64,000 nucleotides of DNA from Podarcis liolepis (taxonomy: Eukaryota): NCBI GenBank assembly GCA_965112155.1, contig OZ218103.1; one strand, written 5' to 3'. Positions 60,873-64,000 of this stretch are shown here, one piece after another; positions within the stretch are counted from its first letter, which is position 1; every line of letters begins with the position of its first letter. A program made the translations under genes and the position numbers. The notes beneath the pieces were generated by a model that had not been told where the DNA came from, did no database searches, and worked only from the letters and a program-made list of their open reading frames with translations.

Positions 60873-61428
60873 GCTGCCTATGCCTAAGCAGGCAATAGGG
60901 TGCGCCCACTCCTGAAGGTGCCTACCCTAGATCGTATGAGCTATAACAACCACTGCCCATTTGCAAATGTCCCAATCTTGGGTAAGGTGATGGAGAAGGT
61001 GATGTCCAAGCAGTTGCAGGAGTTCCTGGATGATATAAATTCCTGGATCTGTTTCAATCTGGATCCAGGTGTGGTTATGGACTGAATCAGCCTTGGTTGC
61101 CCTGATGGATGATCTGTATCAAGAGTAGAGCAGGTAGAGAGCAACTTGTCTTCTTCATAATCAGCAGCTTTGGATACCATTGTCCCTAATGCTAAATAAC
61201 ATCTATATCTACCAGGATCTGTGTATTTAGTGGTGGGGGTCCCATTCTATGGAACTCCCTTCCAGTTAAGAACAGATAGGCCCCTTCCCTGTTGAATTTT
61301 CAACAGACCAGCAGGCATTTTAACTGAAGTCTGATTTTATAGTTTTAACTGATTTTCTGTATTGCATTTCTTGTACGAAGCTTAGAGGCGTTTGTAGTTA
61401 ATCAATATAAAAAATGATTAAATAAATA
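60873..61428 (+). mobile_element. Old L2-clade LINE fragments
   Basis: VRPLLK.PTLD...N..P.ANVPILGKVMEKV..KQL..FL...SAALDT is the L2 RT N-terminal region. Confidence 0.7.
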
Positions 61429-62691
61429 CACCTTTGGCACAATATGGCCAAACTGTAATACTAAGGCTCTATATTCACTACAACCTTAAGAAGAACCTTT
61501 CTGGAGGGAAGTAAAAGGTCATTTTAAGATTCCCCCCCCCCCAAGCCTTTATTTCTTTCCTGTGGTCTGTTTTCCCTCCCCAAGCATCCCAGATGCTGCA
61601 TATAGAGTCTGCGCTATGTAATTAGCACTGCCTAAGAAACCCATGCTTGCCCTTTATGCAGCGTGTTCAGGTTTATACTGGAAGGGACAGGATATTTACA
61701 GCTTTGAGGATGGGAAGAGAGCAGACTTGTTTTTGTTGCCTCCCCTTTACCTCCGCCTCTGTTTCTGTTTTGCGTGTTTTAATCGGGAAGTGGTAATCCA
61801 GGGCCTTGAAGGAGATGGCCTTGTGACAGACACTCGTCTGGGAATCTGAACCAAGAGTCTGATCCCCAGCTGTACCGGGCACACCCCGAGTCCTGAATGA
61901 CCTCAGATTCTGGGATCCAGACTATGGAGGCAAATAGGTGATTGTTCACCCCTAAGCAAAACAGCATCCTGCTGTCCTCGGCCTTTGTTGCATTTAGCAA
62001 GGCTTGCCATCTGTCTTTTATCAGTCACAAAATTCCTGTGCATGGCAAAGGAGAGGCTAGAGTGTGCTCAGTCTGTGTACACAACTCCTGTTTACTCTGC
62101 ATTCATTGCACATCATCCACTGGTTTGTGAAGCCGTGTACGTATGATGATTGCCGCAAGCTACATCTATCCCATAGTTCCTTGAGAAATGCTGCATTTGG
62201 GTGTGTCCCCCTCCCCCCCAATTTGCTTCAATTCCTATTTTAAAATGTATGACATATGACTTCACCAGCGCCCCCTCTCCGGCCACTGGTGTGGACACAC
62301 AAAGGGAAACCCAGAAACACATGCAACTGTGCAACAACCTACAAAGGTGCTTTGAAAAACATGGTGTGTAGGTGGGGGGGGGCGACCTTGTGTTTTAAGC
62401 CAGTCATGTGTACACACGCTTAGTTTCTGCCTTTATCGCCTAGCTGTTGCCCTGTGCATTTAAATAATATTACATTTTCCTCCCCTCCTGTGCTGAAAGC
62501 ACACTTATGGCAGGAAGACAACGGTAACAGCGAGGTTAGTAGCTAGTCTGCTGCTGCTTGAACTCTGAAGACATCCTAATACGCTGTTAGAGAATCGTAA
62601 GGTTCCTAATAACCCATCTCAATAAATAACTGCTTCTTTTTAAACAATCACCTTTTTCTAGATTCTGAACTGATTTCCTTGATTTTTGCAG

Positions 62692-62799
62692 CACTGGGAT
62701 GTCTTCAAGTATGTGACCGAAGTCTTCATCCTGGTTCCAGCACTCCTGGGACTGAAGGGAAACTTGGAGATGACACTAGCATCTCGGCTCTCTACAGCT
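62692..62799 (+). CDS. SLC41A1: SLC41A1 second coding exon; gene continues beyond the window
   Basis: [36 protein letters not shown] contains the PX6GN MgtE motif; CAG/GTGAGT boundaries. Confidence 0.96.
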
Positions 62800-64000
62800 G
62801 TGAGTATTTTGGTCTTGTCAGGCAGGTAGCTTTATATCTGCCTCCCTCCCCCCCCCCCGGCTTCCCTACATATACCTTGAAGAGGTGTTGACTTAAAGGG
62901 ACTTCTCCCCCTTGAATCCTTGAAATGAACTCTAGCCAGTGTAAACCTTTCAGGCAAACAATGAGGAACATGCTTAATCTCTTCAGATGGAGATATTTCG
63001 GACAGAGAGCTGGAAGTTTCTGAACGTAGAGATGGCCAGCTCATAAAGGTTAGACTACGTTGGGAGATGTGTGTGAAGTTAGCCACGGTTGGCACTTTGA
63101 TTAGTTCAGCATCACAATCTCTAAAAACACTGCTGCCCGAGCCACAGCATTGCTTTTCCCTTTTCCCTGTAGCATAAACAGGTGCTCCTTCATTCAAGTA
63201 GTGAGCACAAAGGCTGCTTTCGTGTGCCTATAGAAAAACAACAAAGTCTAAATGTAGCCAACCTCTATTCCAGGCATGCGCTGTCTCTAGGTGTGGAGAC
63301 ACCAAGGAATGAATGAAAGTGCATCTACCCCATTCTTCTCTGCCTCCTGAAAATCTGTTTTTGGGACCTTGGGAGTGGTGTGGGCTATGATCTGGGGGAC
63401 CACAAGTAGAGGAGTTGTTGGAAACCACCACCCTTGCCTGAATGGAAGAATGACTTTGATCCATGCCTCTGCTCATTTTTCTCTTCTTCCTCCGCCAACA
63501 ACAAGCTGCCCCAAGCAAGTTGTGTTTTGATGGATTCATGAGGGTTGTTGGAAAGCAACCAAGGAACAGCCAGTCTCATCCTTTATAGAGGGGAAGCTGG
63601 AAGGCTTTCCCCTAATCTGGCCGCTATGATCCTCCTAGATTTAGATTCTGAGACCACTGTTGTGCTCACTTGGTTGTTTACTGAGCATAGCGCAGCTCAT
63701 TGATTTCTTGCATGAGTGCAACCTAAACAACTCCTAGCTCCTGACTCTCAATTTGTATTTCTAGAATGTTCCAAGACACTTGGAAAACATGTGCTTTAGA
63801 GGAAGTACCCCTAGAGAGTATCCCTGCACTCCAGTATAAGTGCAGAGGTGCAAAGAAATAAACAAGTTCATTGGTATCTCAAATTGTACAGCCTAAGTGT
63901 TCAGAAATAGTGGCCTTCTCTCTCTTCTGAGATATGGCTGGTGCCTATTCCTTTTAAGCTTCTGACACCAACTGAAGACCTAGATATTTACCCAGGCTTT

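Noticed and set aside
1-64000. CRISPR arrays, operons, rRNA or other prokaryotic systems
   Set aside because: The DNA is intron-rich vertebrate sequence; no repeat-spacer arrays or rRNA similarity were seen.

Overview
Vertebrate (squamate, probably lacertid lizard, judged from Sauria SINE, BovB, CR1, L2 and Penelope repeats) genomic DNA carrying the conserved SLC26A9-PM20D1-SLC41A1 block, all on the + strand. It contains the last 5 coding exons of SLC26A9 (1-5924, ending in the PDZ ligand TAL), the complete 13-exon PM20D1 gene (10921-29447, 522 aa, metal ligands intact), and the CpG-island promoter and first two coding exons of SLC41A1 (50611-62799). The main unexpected result is in the PM20D1-SLC41A1 spacer: a minus-strand chain of at least 6 (possibly 10) phase-compatible exons starts in the SLC41A1 CpG island and encodes a protein I do not recognise, broken by several stops and mutated splice donors. 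This looks like an unannotated unitary pseudogene sharing a bidirectional promoter with SLC41A1. Other highlights are a fold-back Penelope-like insertion with intact hammerhead ribozyme cores in an SLC26A9 intron, uORFs ahead of SLC41A1, and several nested or palindromic transposons. There is one 128-N assembly gap. Gene names come from recalled orthologue sequences and exon structure; no database search was run.
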